DNA from: the human T2T-CHM13v2.0 reference genome, Homo sapiens
Strand: one strand, 5' to 3'
Assembly (NCBI RefSeq): GCF_009914755.1
Contig: NC_060937.1
Length of the DNA stretch: 64,000 bases
Part shown: in pieces, positions 17,181 through 33,570 of the stretch
How the letters are laid out: every line of letters begins with the position of its first letter
Position numbering within the stretch: position 1 is the first letter of the stretch
Notes under the pieces: model-generated
The model's input: only the letters and a program-made list of their open reading frames with translations
What the model was told of the DNA's origin: nothing
Database searches by the model: none
Program-made: the position numbers and the translations under genes

Positions 17181-17197
17181 CGCGCCATCTAGTGGCA
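17181..17197 (-). promoter_or_regulatory. CTCF motif in a CpG-enriched patch
   Basis: Minus strand TGCCACTAGATGGCGCG matches CCASYAGRKGGCRS; CpG enrichment ~17080-17640. Confidence 0.6.
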
Positions 17198-19038
17198 GCT
17201 CTCAGGACGTCCACACGCCTGCTCCTGCGGGCTCCCGCGCCCTGGGGTGGCAGGCACCGGCATGCTAGAGGTTAACGAGGAGGTTCCCTCCTTCCAGCGT
17301 GGATGAGCCTTTCCGTGAGGGTGACCGGAAAGGCGCCTGGGCTGGTGACGGTGTCAAGTGTAGGCAAGAAATACGGCTGATCAAGAAGCGACTTCACCTC
17401 CCTCGCACAACACTGAGTCCCTTTGCGGCAGGGGCCCTCCCCGCCGCGAACCCTACTTGGAACCTTGCGCCATGCGATGTCTCTCTCATTCTAGGCCACG
17501 GAAGCCCTGGGTCACCCTTTCAGCCTGGTTCTCTCCGGTGGTGCTGGCTTGTTTCTCCTGTCTGTTGGGGTCAGCTGCGTCCAGCCTCGGCTCCTGCAGG
17601 ATTGCCCGGGCAACCCAGAGGAGATGGGCGGGCGTGGAGGTCCTCCCTGGATGACCCTTCCCACCATTTCAACATCATTAGGAATTTAACAGGCTTTTGC
17701 AAGAAGGCCCAGGTACGCATCCCCCCATTTATAGTAGGATTTCCAGGACAAAATGTATTCCACTCTCTAAACAACAAGCAACATGTATACAACCCATTCA
17801 TAAGGTAAAGATTCCCTTGCCTACACCTAGCTTCTCCTGCCCAAGCATGGCCGTGTCGTTCTCTTCCCCAGGTCAAGTTCAGGACCTAGCAGCTGGGAAT
17901 GCACATTTTCCAAGTTAAGAGTGGAAGAGTCCCAGCTTGGCTTAGATGGAGTCACATATAGGATTCAGGTTTGCCTTGGCAGGTCTGATGGACCTTGGTG
18001 AGGGTCCGCCAGCAGCTGTGCACAGCAGCTGCCCAGGGCCATGCAGCAGGCACCGCACTCCCCTTCTAGGAAGGATTCCAGGCCCAGCTACAAGGAGCGT
18101 GGCTACTGACAGCTGTCCACTCACAGCTCGTCAGACTAAGCTTCAGCTTTCAAAAAGGACTGTGCCCTCCTTGGGCTGGCCCAGGCCCACATAAGAGCAA
18201 GGCAGTGGCCCAAAGGCCTGGCATTTCTGCCCACCACGGGATTCCTCTCCTGGGTGGTCTGTGCTCCAGAGCTCTCTGTGGGGCTGGCTTACTTCTCCCC
18301 TGGCCCCTCCACAGGAGTTACTCAGCTATAGCCCCTCTGCACACATAACTCTATCTGGGAGCCTTTCCCGGAGGATGCAACCTAACTGGTTGGCTCATCC
18401 TATAGAAGCCAGTGTCCTTGACTTTTTCAGGTGATGAACCTCTTTTGAGAGGATGCTGATAACTGTAAGCATCTTCCCAGGATTTGCACATGTCCAGTGT
18501 TAGAGTGCAGGTCTCCCAAGGCCATCCCACGGGCCTTCACAGGGAGTCGGGTTGAGGACTTCTGACTGAAGGAGGTGGGGAGGAGGCGAAGTCGGGGAAT
18601 GAGGAAGATGGGGCTGGGGGATAATAACAGGGCTTCCGGCAATGGAGAGGAGGGTTAATTCTCATTTCTGACTCACAGCGCAGCCTCCCATGAGTTCATG
18701 GATTCTGTGGGAAAAACCAAAAGCCAATTCCCTCAAGTGCTATGTCAGGCCCTGCAGGCAGGTGGCCGGCGGTGGCCCCATATGGCTCTGGCACAATGAG
18801 GGCTTCAGAGAACAGAGCTGCCTCTGCCTGGGGAGTGCCAGTGGCATCAGCAGCAGGGGTGGTGCCCAGTCACCCATCTGGCAGAGGCTGGCTGGGCACC
18901 GTCTCCTCTGGGTAACATGGTGCCCACCAAGCCCTGGAAGCAAGGCCTCCCAGCACCTTTGCAAGCAGCAGATATCATCTAGCAATGTCCAGCTGGATGG
19001 AAAGAAGATACAACAGCTGGAAAGTGGCATTGGCTGAC

Positions 19039-19100
19039 CTCCTCCAGAAAGTCTCTTTCCAAAATAATTGGCAAGGGTTTCAGGTGTTAGATGTTCTTCA
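19039..19100 (-). pseudogene. Pseudo-exon (62 bp, phase 2-1)
   Basis: Acceptor ttttgttagctccttctccacctgtcag|, donor GAG|gtcagc; EEHLTPETLANYFGKRLSGG, no stop. Confidence 0.6.
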
Positions 19101-19180
19101 CTGACAGGTGGAGAAGGAGCTAACAAAACAAGATTGTGCAGGAATGAGAAGTCGTATTTAGGATGTACGACAGCAGACAC

Positions 19181-19184
<4 letters not shown>

Positions 19185-19236
<52 letters not shown>
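19185..19236. repeat. (CA)26 microsatellite
   Basis: Perfect CA run. Confidence 0.97.
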
Positions 19237-19238
<2 letters not shown>

Positions 19239-20168
19239 AGGGGCTGTTTTCAGCACTCACTTATATTAATTGATTTAATCCACATACAGCCTCATGTGCT
19301 AGCTCCTATTATTATCTCATTTTACTCTCAAAAAAACTGATGCACAGAAAGGTTTAGCAGCCTGCTAAAGTCACGCAGCTGAAAAGTGGCAGAGCTGGGA
19401 TCTGAGCCAGGAAGCAAGGTACAAGGTCTGTGCTCTTCATCTCCTTCTATGCTGGCTGTATGCTTGCTAGCGGCCATGAACTTGGACCTTGGGGTGGGAG
19501 GGCTCTGCGTTCATTCCCAGCCCCCCTTGTTACTGGCTGTGTGATTTCAGGTCGGTTTCATTCTTCTCTTTGACTCAGTTTCCTCAACTGAGTGTAAAAT
19601 GATAGTGATCCTACCTCATAAACATGTGTGAGGCTTAAATGAGCTAATTATGTAAAAGATTTTTGCTGCCACACAGAAAAATGCTTAGTCTGACATTGAA
19701 TATATATGAAATTTTTGGATCTGCGCCACCCGCAGAACTCAGAGTAGGTTCTTTAAATAAACTTCTGCCCCAGACTCCCAGGCCAGCCCAGCCACTGAAG
19801 GCACCAAGACAGGAGCCCTGTGTCCGCTCCAGCCCTGAGGCTCCGGAAGCCAGGCAAGAGCATTTCCCGGTGGATTCCTGGCTGGGCCCAGCCTGGGGCC
19901 TCTCAGTGCTCCTGGTAGCCTTGCATTTTCTATCTTCAAGGGAAGCTTGAGTGCTGGAAGCCTGCCCGCCCCTGCACATTCCTACCAGCGCCTGAAATCA
20001 ATGATGCCCTTGTTCTCCTTGGAAGCGTTGGATGTGTGGGAGAAGGTTGAGGGCACACTGTCATCCCGCCAAGCTGTCTGGAAAGCTGGAGGGTGCATGA
20101 AAGGCTGGGGAGCACCCAGTCCTGCATAGGTACCTCCTGCTTCAAATCAGCCAGATCCAGGGACTCAC

Positions 20169-20340
20169 ACCATGGCATCAATGTGAGGAGCACTATAAGA
20201 GGATACCCTTCTAGTGGGTTTCAAAGCACCTGATTAATACAAATGTAATCAACACGAAGCTTTTCTACTACATATTCTTTGTGTAAAGCCATATGCACTC
20301 ACATTCAGAAATACTAAAGATCAGGTCTAGAAAAATATTC
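20169..20340 (-). pseudogene. Pseudo-exon (phase-0 start)
   Basis: Acceptor ctctctcttctttctgcctgtag|, donor GGT|gtgagt; EYFSRPDL*YF*M*VHMALHKEYVVEKLRVDYICINQVL*NPLEGYP(fs)YSAPHIDAM. Confidence 0.7.
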
Positions 20341-20506
20341 CTACAGGCAGAAAGAAGAGAGAGTCCAGTTCTAAACACAGGGAAGGGTTGAAGAAGCACA
20401 GTGGGTGAGGGAGAGCCCATGTGGGTGGGAGAGGATGAGGGCACAGGTGGATATTGTTTTAAAATTTGGTAGTGGCAAATTGGAAGCACAATGTAATTTC
20501 ACTTAC

Positions 20507-21234
20507 AATTTGCCTTCCATCAAATAGGATCCCCAAATACTCAAAGGCCTTAAATGGAGGCTTTTCTTTAACGATCTCAAATTTTTAACTTTTGCTAGGC
20601 GTGGTGGTTCATGCCTATAATCCCAGCACTTTGGGAGACTGAGGCGGGCGGATCACCTCAGGCCAGGAGTTCGAGACCAGCCTGGCCAACATGGTGAAAC
20701 TCTGTCTCTTCCAAAAATACAAAAACTAGCTGGGCATGGTGGATCGAGCCTGTAATTCTAACTACTCGGGAGGCTGAGGCAGGAGAATAGCTTGAATCCG
20801 GGAGGCGGAGGTTGTGGTGAGCCAGATGGCACCACTACAATTCAGCCTGGGCCGCAGAGTGAGACTCCATCTCAAAATATATATATATATATATATATTT
20901 TTAAACTTCCACTTCTCATTTCAGAATTCATGAATCTTGTCTCCTTAATGTTTTTCTGTCATGGCACGGTATTAAGAGTTTGTCTTCAGAGTATGGTCTC
21001 ATCATCCAAATCAACTTTATAAGCCACAGATTCCTCCATTCACATCTTAGCTGGAGGCATGGCTACTTCTAAGGACTAAAAATAGTCACGTTGTCCTGAC
21101 TTCCTTTTCCTCTTGGCAGAATCAGAGCCTGAGTCATGTATGATCTTTCACGGAAGAACATGCCTTTGCACTACAAGTGGTATTTTTTCTCTCAAAAAAT
21201 AAATTTGTATAAATATATTTTTTTCTAACAAATG
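20507..21234 (-). pseudogene. Pseudo-exon interrupted by AluS
   Basis: FVRKKYIYTNLFFERK(fs)IPLVVQRHVLP*KIIHDSGSDSAKRKRKSGQRDYF*SLEVAMPPAKM*MEESVAYKVDLDDETIL*RQTLNTVP*QKNIKETRFMNSEMRSG[Alu]FEIVKEKPPFKAFEYLGILFDGRQI|gtaagt. Confidence 0.72.
20593..20897 (+). mobile_element. AluS with (TA)n tail, inside pseudo-exon
   Basis: Full dimer; TSD attttta(a)actt. Confidence 0.9.
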
Positions 21235-21397
21235 CTGTTATAAATGCACCAGGAAAATTTATTTTCAAAAACTGCCCTAAAGCTAACACTTTAAAATTGT
21301 ATTCTTGTTTGTTTTTACTCAATAAATATTAAGTGCTTATCATATGCCATGCACTAGTCTAGTTGCTTTTCTGGACCTTTGATTTTAGAACAAGCAC

Positions 21398-21532
21398 TTT
21401 TTTTTTCTTTTCCTGAGAGCTGAGGTCTCACTATATTGTCCAGGCTGGACTTGAATTCCTGGGCTCAAGTGATCCTCCTGCCTCAGCCTCCTAAGTAGCT
21501 GCGAACACAGGTGTGCACCACTGCACCTAGCT
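21398..21532 (-). mobile_element. FLAM/Alu monomer
   Basis: Single ~130-bp arm; flanks tagaacaa. Confidence 0.75.
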
Positions 21533-21559
21533 AGAACAAACACATCTTTTAAAGGAGCA

Positions 21560-24220
<2,661 letters not shown>

Positions 24221-24460
24221 TATTCTCATTTCAGTCTCCCTGCTTCCTGGCCTTTCTATTTAAAAGCACCCATCTTCACCTTCTCCCAAAGGCTCTGGAA
24301 GTTTTACAGACAGCATCTTTCTAGCCTCGCCCTGCGTCTCTTTCTAGTCATTTGACTGAGGCTGAACAAAGCCCAGATGGGAGTTTCATTCCCTTCACCT
24401 CCCCCAACTCCCAGCTGAAGGAGGCTGGCCCCAGACACAGGACACAGCTTCCTGACCCTG

Positions 24461-24512
24461 CGGGCAGGAGCCTGGCTTGTTGGTGACGGGCAGGAGCCTG
24501 GCTTGTTGGTGA
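24461..24512. repeat. Perfect 26-bp tandem duplication
   Basis: cgggcaggagcctggcttgttggtga x2. Confidence 0.95.
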
Positions 24513-25669
24513 GTGGGCCTCCTCATTGCTGCTGGAGTTTTCCATCCTCATTCCACAACAAGCCAAGTCAGCAAGTTGCTGCCAGGAACCTTCACACCTT
24601 GTGCTTTGGGATCTGAGGGGAAACACACACACCGGCACCACCCTCCCTGAGCCCGGGAATGAAGCCAGCATCAGCGGAGAGCAACCTACTGAGGAAAATG
24701 ATGGAGTAATTCCCTGGGCACACTTCAGGCGTGGTGCCAGGTAACAGGCCCTGCCAGGGGGTGACAGAGGTGGTACCATGGCATGTCTGGGGCCTGCCCC
24801 GAGACACCAGCTGGCAGCAGCCACACTCTGTCCTTAGCAGCACTCGCAGCAGTCCAACACTTTGGTTGTCACGCAAGACACGCTGTTTCTGACAGGACGC
24901 CGCAGCCGGGTAACACGGGCAGATGCAGAGGGCACTATCCTGCGGCGCTTTTTTGAAAGCACGCCATTTTTCTTCCCTACCCAATTAACTTTCCAGAGAC
25001 CCATCCCGAAGGACTGGATTCATCACTAGAACCAACAAGATGAGGATTTGTAGAGCCGGCTGCCGCGCCACTGAGGCTCCTAGTGGGTTATCTGCGTGGC
25101 TTGCCTGACCTCAGCAGAAATCCACAGCGCAGGGCCCAGAGCTGTGTGAGCACCTGCAATTGAAGAATTCACAATTACAAGTCATGTGTCTAAATTGGCA
25201 GGCTTTCAAGAAAGTCCCACCAATCTTCAAGCATACAGCCGCCAAGGGCCACGTAAAATGTTTGTAGCTTTAATATACAGTTTCATTTGCTTGAATATCA
25301 TCAGCTTGGGTGCAGATAATCAAAGAATGGCTCAGGATGGAGAATTTAATATGAGAATTCGGCCAGGGCTGCCAAGCCATATATGTGCTAATGTTGCAAT
25401 TTCAACCTTGGACTTAAGGTCAAGATTAATTTAGTGAAAAATATTATTTCACGATGTAACAGACACCTTCTGAGTTGGAGAGCCGAGGAATTCCGGAGGA
25501 TGGATGAGGCATGGGTGTGTCTAGAGACCTCATGGCAAAAGTGGCTGCATTGCCCCCTCAAATGTTAGTTAATATTTGGGCACATTTGAGAGATAACAAC
25601 ATAGGGAGATTTTTCTTTAACTTTCTATTATGGAAAATCAAACATATGCTATATTAGAAAGAACAGTAT

Positions 25670-25999
25670 AGGAAGTGGAAAACTTTTTCTTTACAGGGCC
25701 AGATAGTAAATAATTTTGGTTTCCCAGGCCATATGTTCTCCGCCTCAACTATACAGCTCTATTGTCACACAAAAGCAGTTATTGATAGTGTATAAATGAA
25801 TGGTGATGTCTTCTAATAAAACTTTATTTGTGGATGCTGACATATGAATTTCACAAAATTTTTACATGTTATTAATAGTCTTCTTTTTTCCTGACTTTTG
25901 TACCATTTAAACATATAAACATCTTTCTTAGTTCCCAACCCTTGCAAAAACAGCTGGTGGGCTAGAGTTGGCCCGCAGGTCACAGTCTGCCCAGCCCCG
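25670..25999. mobile_element. MER58B-like hAT-Charlie element inside L1
   Basis: aaactttttct.tacagggccagatagtaaata...aataaaactttattt...ttggcccgcagg. Confidence 0.75.
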
Positions 26000-26047
26000 A
26001 AGTACGTAGAAGGACCCCCAGCCCCGAAGTACGTAGAAGGACCCCCA
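25990..26047. repeat. Perfect 27-bp tandem duplication
   Basis: cccagccccgaagtacgtagaaggacc x2. Confidence 0.95.
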
Positions 26048-26437
26048 TCCCCAACACCCTGTTTCAACAAAAGTCAGCTCATGGCCAATCTTGTTTCATC
26101 TATTCTCCTATCCTTTTTTCCTCTCCTTGGATTCTTTGAGGCAAACCCTCATCAACAAATTATTTCATCCATATTCATATTTCAGTACTTATCTCTAAAA
26201 GAGGATTCAAATTTTAAACAAAAAACTACAATATCATGATCACATCTAAAAATATTAACAATTCCATAATATCATCAAATATCCAATCAATATTCAGTTT
26301 TTCCAATTGTCTTATAAATGTTTATTATTATATATTTTAGATTTTTTCCCCCATTCAATTTATTTGTTTGAATCAAGATCTAAATAAGATCAATATGTTG
26401 CAAATATATTGCAATTGCTTGATAGATCTCTTAAGTC

Positions 26438-26742
26438 TTTGTTGTTGTTGCCGTTGTTGAGACAAGGTCTCACTCTGTCCCCAAGGCTGGAATACAGGGG
26501 GCCAGATCATGGCTCACTACAGTCTGACCTCCTTGGGCTCAGATGATCCTCCCACCTCAACCTCCCATGTAGCCTGGATTACAGGTGTGCACCACCATGC
26601 TTGGCTAATTTTTATATTCTTTTGTAGAGATGGGATTTCACCGTGTTGCTCAGGCTGGTCTTGAACTCGTAGGCTCAAGTGATTGGACCTCCTCGGTCTC
26701 CCAAACCGCTGGGATTACAGGCATGCATCACCATGCCCAGCT
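26438..26742 (-). mobile_element. AluJ
   Basis: gatcatggctcact...gatcctcccacctc J-type pattern. Confidence 0.85.
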
Positions 26743-27928
26743 TCCTAAGTCTCTTTTAATCTGTGAGTTTCCTTTCCCACCCACACCTCTTTTGTACACA
26801 TTATTTGTTGAAGAAATTGTGTGGTTTGTTCTGTAGGATTTCCTGGAGTCTGGGTTTTGCTGATTGCATCTCTGTGCTGTTATTGGATGTGTTGTTTGTC
26901 CTCTGTATTTTCTACAATACAATAGTATTTTCTGCCAAATGGAAGTTAGAGCTAAATGTTTGATGGCATTCGGGTCTTATTGTTGTCTTGTTTTTTGGTA
27001 AGATTACTTTACAGGTGACTGTGTTCTCCCATCAGAAAGCACACGTGTGGTTGCTTCTCTTTTTCTGATGCTAGCAGCCATTGATAATTATGGCCTAGAT
27101 TCATTACTTAAAAAAATTAATAGACTTTATTTTTAAATCAGTTTTGAATTTATAAAAAAGTGAGCAGATAGTACAGAGTTCCAATATACTCCCTTTCATA
27201 CACAGTTTCATCTATAATTAACATTTGGATTAGTGTGATATATTTGTTGCAGTTGATGAACCAATATTGATCCATTCCTATTAACTAAAGTCCATTGTTT
27301 ACATTAGGGCTTACTGTTTTATACGGTTCTGCAGTTCACAAATGCGTAGTGACATGTTTCTACCATGAAAGTATCACACGGGAATAGTTTCACTGCCCTA
27401 AGAATCTCCTGTGCTCCACCCGTTCATCCATCCTTGCACCTAAACCCCTGGCAACCATGGGGCTTTTTACTATACCTATAGTTTAGCCTTTTGCAGAACA
27501 TCATATGGTTGGAATCATACTGTAAGCAGTCTTTTCAGATTTATTTCTTTCACTTAGCAATGTGCATTTACGATTCCTCCGTGTCCTTTTGCAGCTTGAC
27601 AGCCCACAGTTCTTTTCAGCACTGAAAAATATTTCATTGTATGGATGTGCCACAGTTTGTTCATCAGTTCACTGAGTGAAGAACATCTCGATTAGTTCCA
27701 GTTTTCGGCAACTATGAATAAAACCTCTATAAACATTTATATGCAGATTTCTACGTGGACATAAGTTTTCAGCTTAAATAGGTAAATATTAAGGAGCATC
27801 ATTGTTGGATTGTTTGGTTAGAATATGTTTAGCTTTTTAGAAACTACCAAACTATTTTTCAAAGTGGCTGTACCATTTTGCATTCCTACCAGCAATGAAT
27901 AAGAATTCCTTCTATCCCACATCCTTGA

Positions 27929-28388
<460 letters not shown>

Positions 28389-31300
28389 CTATGTGTTTTC
28401 TTTAGTGAAGTTTCTGCTCAGATGAAATTGAGTTTTTTTCATTGTTGAGTCCTAAAACTTCTTTGTATATTTTAGATATAAGCCCTTTGTTAAATATGCA
28501 CTTGACAATATTTTCTCCCAGTCTGTGGCTTTGTCTGTTCATTCTCTTAATAGTGCATTTTACAGAGCAGAAGTTTTTAATTTTAATAAAGTCCACCTTC
28601 CCAAATTTTCCTCTCACGGATCATGCATTTGATTTTGCATCTAAAACATTATCACCCAATGCAAGGTGACCCATATTTTCTCTTATATTATCTTCTAAGA
28701 GTTTTATAATTTTGCATTTTACAGTTAGGCCTATAATCCATTTTGAGTTAGCTTTTGTGGAAGGTGTAATGTCTGTATCTAGAATTGTTCTTTTGCATGT
28801 AGATGCCCAGTCGTTCCCGCAATATTTGTTGAAAAGCTTATCCTTTCTCCACTGAATTGCCTTTGTTTCCTTGTCAAAGATCAATTAATTGACTACATTT
28901 GTGTGGATCTGTTTCTATTCTGCTCCACTGATCTATTTGTCTATTCGCTCATCAATATCACTCTGTCCTGATTACTGTAGCTTTATGGTAAGTATTGAAG
29001 TCAGGTAATGTCAGTCCTCTGGCTATGCTCTTTTTCAGTATTTTGTTGGCTTTTTTGGGTCTTTCACCTTTCCGTGAAAACTGTAAAATTCAGCTTTTTG
29101 ATAGCCACACAAAAACTTGTTGGAATTTTAATTGGGATTGCATTGACTCTATAGATGAAGCTGGGGGATATTGGCATCTTAATAATATTGAGTTTCCTTA
29201 TCAGTAAACATGGGATATCACTCCATTTATTAAGATCTCTGATTGTTTTCATCAGAGTTGTATCGTTTTCCACATATAGATTCTATACATGTTTTGTTTG
29301 ATTTATATCAAAGTATTTCATTTTTTGGTGTTCATGAAAATGACATTATATTTTTTTAATTTTAAATTCCAATTGCTAATTGCTGGTTTAGATCCATTCA
29401 TTTTTTAGGACTTGCATAATGGTGATATTCTAATTCTTTTCTTCCCTCTCCATTTATTAGCTGATATGTTCTGTTAAAAAATCACTCTCATCAACTCTTC
29501 AATTATCCAAAGATAGAGATCATTTAGGAAAGAAAGGAAAAATGCTGGATATTTCCCCTTGATTTTCTAGTTTTTTGAAAGTATTGAATTGGTTCTTCAA
29601 CATCTCCAAAGTTGACCAATAAGGTTGTTTATTTTTTAGTATCATTATAAAAAAATTAGACACATTTCAATCTCTTGCATTTAGGATTCTTGTTGGTGCT
29701 CAGACTGACCCTTTGATGGTGGGAGCGTTTTCCGTTGACATCTGATGTGACTTTGATAGTTTCTTTATTTCCTTAAGTTCATGCTTGTCTTACACATGTT
29801 CTCCCCCAGACCTAATACCAGCCATTTCTCCAAGGAGCCTCCATTCCCTTTAGTAGGAAATGTTGTTTAGAAGCCACTAAGGTATACATTTTTGTCTTTT
29901 CAGTGGTCAGAGGTAAGAATTAAAATCCATTTTATTTTTTAGGATAAATTATATCTTGAGTTTACAATGATAAGTCACTTTAGAAATATGCGGAATCTCA
30001 TTGGTTTTGTAAGTTTTTTTCTTTCTTCCATGCTGAAATTGCTTTATCTCCCAATACACATACAAACCAATGTTATTACCAACAATATCTTTACTGAAAA
30101 CAGTTTAGATTTTCAAGATTTTTTGTCTAGTCCCTGTCCTTAGAGTATATTCCTCAAGAAACATACAATGCAATAATGGAATAATTTTGTTTTAAATTTA
30201 CCTGGTATAGTTCTGTGTGGTTATAACATCTAGAAGATATGGAGCTAAGTTTATTTGTTTCAATTGGTTTTGATTTTAGGAACTGCTTTTTTTTAAATTA
30301 AGGTTTTAAAAAATAGTTACACACATTTGTTACACACGTTTCGTATTTTTGCCAGTTTATCTTTGGAATGAATTTCTAGAAGTGGGATTGCTTCTTCAAA
30401 GGGCAAATGTATATGTAATCTTGCTGGATACTGCCATATTTCCCTCTGCCGCAGTTGTACCATCTCACCTTTTACCAGCAGTGCCTGATGTCCCATTCTG
30501 AAGGTTTCTCCCTTATGTTTGTAGAGTGTGTTAGGGACTCATTAGGATTTTTTTAAAACATATCTCACTTTTCCTGGCAACAGTTCTAGGAATTAGGTAA
30601 TGTTCTCACCCTGACTTTATAGATGGGGAAATTGAGGCTCAAAAGAGCTGAAGTGTACTGCACAGAATAGGAAACAAGCTGATTATAGTCCCGATTCCTC
30701 GCTTAGCCACAGCGGATCCTTAGGCAAGACACAGAGTCCTATGTCTTCCTCTAGCATGGCTGTGGGCCTTCCAGTTTTGTTTTCATTTTTCCAGCTGGAT
30801 TTGCCTCTCCCACAGAGTCGGAGATGGAGGAGTCCCTTGGCTATTTGATTCTTACTTATTTAACACATGGCACTAGGCGAGAGGCATATGGCAGTGAGGA
30901 TGATGTTTGCGCAGTCCTGGCTGAGCTGATCTGGAGTGTTGGTCTAGAGGGAGTTTCAGTACTTAGACGTTTCCATTGGGGTCTAGCGTCAGGGTGGGGG
31001 AGTGGAGGTGCTGGGAAAACAACCGTCGGGGGAGCTTGAAAGAGGAAGAGAGGTCAGAAGAGGTTTCCTGGAGGAAGTGACAGCTAAGCTGAGTCCTGAG
31101 TCCTGAGGTTGAGTAAGATTTAGACACACCAAGAGGGAGGACAGGGGAAAAGAAGAACCTGGACAGAAACAGGCTCAAAAATCAGGAGGCAAAATAGAGG
31201 GCATGGGGCATTGAAGAAATTGAAGGAAAGTCTGAAGGACTATGGATTTTAGTCTGTGTGATTGTAGCAGACCAAATTGCAGATGGCTTCCTTAGAAGTA

Positions 31301-31419
31301 TGACACCAGTCTCTGGGGAACCAGCTTTTGGAAATCAAAACCTGTGACATGATGGTGAATATCTTAGGTCCTACCACTTTCTGTGCATGGGGTTATATGC
31401 CAGAATGCCTCTGACATAC

Positions 31420-31590
31420 GGCAGAAATGGCCTTTTCTTCACATCTTGTCATCCCCCAGTCTGGTGCAACACGCTATAGACCACCGACATTTACAAGTGA
31501 CTGGTGCACTAGGAAATTCTGAATGCTTGCCTACCAGTTAAGGCAACATAAAAATACGCAGATTAGTGATTTGATTATTAGGGCCCGTAT
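31420..31590 (-). pseudogene. Pseudo-exon (171 bp, phase 1-1)
   Basis: Acceptor tttctttcttcctctctgttttcag|, donor GCC|gtatgt; DTGPNNQITNLRIFMLP*LVGKHSEFPSAPVTCKCRWSIACCTRLGDDKM*RKGHFC. Confidence 0.7.
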
Positions 31591-31698
31591 CTGAAAACAG
31601 AGAGGAAGAAAGAAATGCGCTCAAGAATCGGAATTTGCATTTGTTTACTACAACAAAAAGTGGGCTGATGAGTTCATGGACTGATAATTACACTGCAC

Positions 31699-31916
31699 CT
31701 TGATCAACATGTTCTCAGTGGGCAACAACAAAAAAAACAAAGATCTTTGTCCCAGGATCCCATATATCCTGGGCTTGGCTGATAGGGGTTAATCAAATTA
31801 GTGAGCAAGATATATGAGCAGAGAGACCTGAGTGAGCATCTTTGATTCTGTACAAGTGAACCATGAAAAGAAAACTTCTGGGACCCATTCCGTCTCAATC
31901 TCATTAGGAACTAAGC
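31699..31916 (-). pseudogene. Candidate pseudo-exon (phase 1-1 with one frameshift)
   Basis: GLVPNEIETEWVPEVFFSWFTC...DIWDPGTKIFVFFVVAH*EHVDQ|gtgcag; splice sites weak. Confidence 0.4.
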
Positions 31917-32002
31917 CTGTCCCCCAGGGGCTGTCTCAGCCTGACCATGCCAATTGGTCCACGGAGGAGTGTGCGTAGTTAGGCACATGCAGGCAGACTT
32001 GA

Positions 32003-32344
<342 letters not shown>

Positions 32345-32619
32345 TGTGATAAATGACTTTCTAAACACCAGAATCCTGTGTTATTTGATGGTCTGTCCTA
32401 CTGAAGCCTTTTTCCTAAGGTTTCTCATGTGTAGAGCAAAGCCTTTTTATTTTTAGCTGTTACGGTCATAGACGGGTTGCACAGCAGTGAATGGGTTTGG
32501 ACCTGAAATGCAGGAGCTTGATGTGAAGTTCCATGACTCATATCAGCCCCACATTCCAGAGTCATTTTCCAGGAACCCGAGATTCATTCTGTTCTCTCCC
32601 TTGGCTCATCATTCATGCC

Positions 32620-33570
32620 CAGGACATTGACGACCATCTAGATGGTGATGAATTCCAAGTTCATGTCTCCAGCCCACATCTCTCCTCTGCATATCTCCAA
32701 AGGTCTGCTCAGCCTCACCACTCAGATATTTCACCACATCCACCCCTCCAGCCTGGCCCACTCCTGGTGAATGGCACGGCACTCACTAAGTTATGCAAGT
32801 CGGACGTGTTGGAGTCCTCATTGACGCACCCGCCCCCTCAGAAATCCTCTCCTCAGAAATCTCTCCTCTCTCAAGTGCCTGTTTCTTTCACCTCCTCTGT
32901 AATTCTCACTTCCACCCCTTATTTCCAGCTGTTCCTACACTCTGTTTCCTGGCCTCAGACCCCAGCCTTGCATGCCTAAGCCAGCTTCATATTTGGTCCT
33001 CCTCTATTCAATCTACTCACCCAAACACTTTTCTATATGTAAATCTGATTGCGTCTCACCTTGTTAAAACCTATGGGTCCCAGTCTCCTTTAAGATAAAG
33101 ACTGCATTCCTAAGGGTGCTCCCAAGGCTCCACCACATCGGGCCCCTGTCTGTACCTATCCTGGCTCCTCGTGCTCAGGTGCCCTTGTCCCCTTTGCATA
33201 GCATGTCCAAGTACTATGTCCCCACCCACCAGCTTCTGGCACCTGCCGCTCCCTGTGCCATCCCTGCCTCACTCCTCCTTCCTGTCTCAGGCATCTCCCT
33301 CTTTTGGTCACAGCTGCCCTGACCCTCAGCCTAGGCTGGGTGTCTGGCCACCTGCTCTTGAAGAGCCACTTCTTCCATGCTAAATCTCAGCCCCGCTTGG
33401 GATTATTTATTTGTTGGTGTCATTACTCAGACTTCTTGCGTCTCCCTGACTAGACTGGGCCTTCATGTGACCAGGGGCTGTGTCTGGTTTTGCCACTGTT
33501 GTACTCCCAGTCACATCCATGGTGCCTGGCATGACATGCCTGCATAATACGTACTCAGTAAGTGAATGAA
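32620..33570 (+). mobile_element. L2 fragment
   Basis: gatgaattccaagttcatgtctccagccc...gtgcctggcat...actcagtaagtgaatgaa 3' end. Confidence 0.7.

Noticed and set aside
28402-29273. ORFs resembling a reverse-transcriptase protein C-terminus
   Set aside because: Decayed L1 ORF2 fragments, not a host gene.
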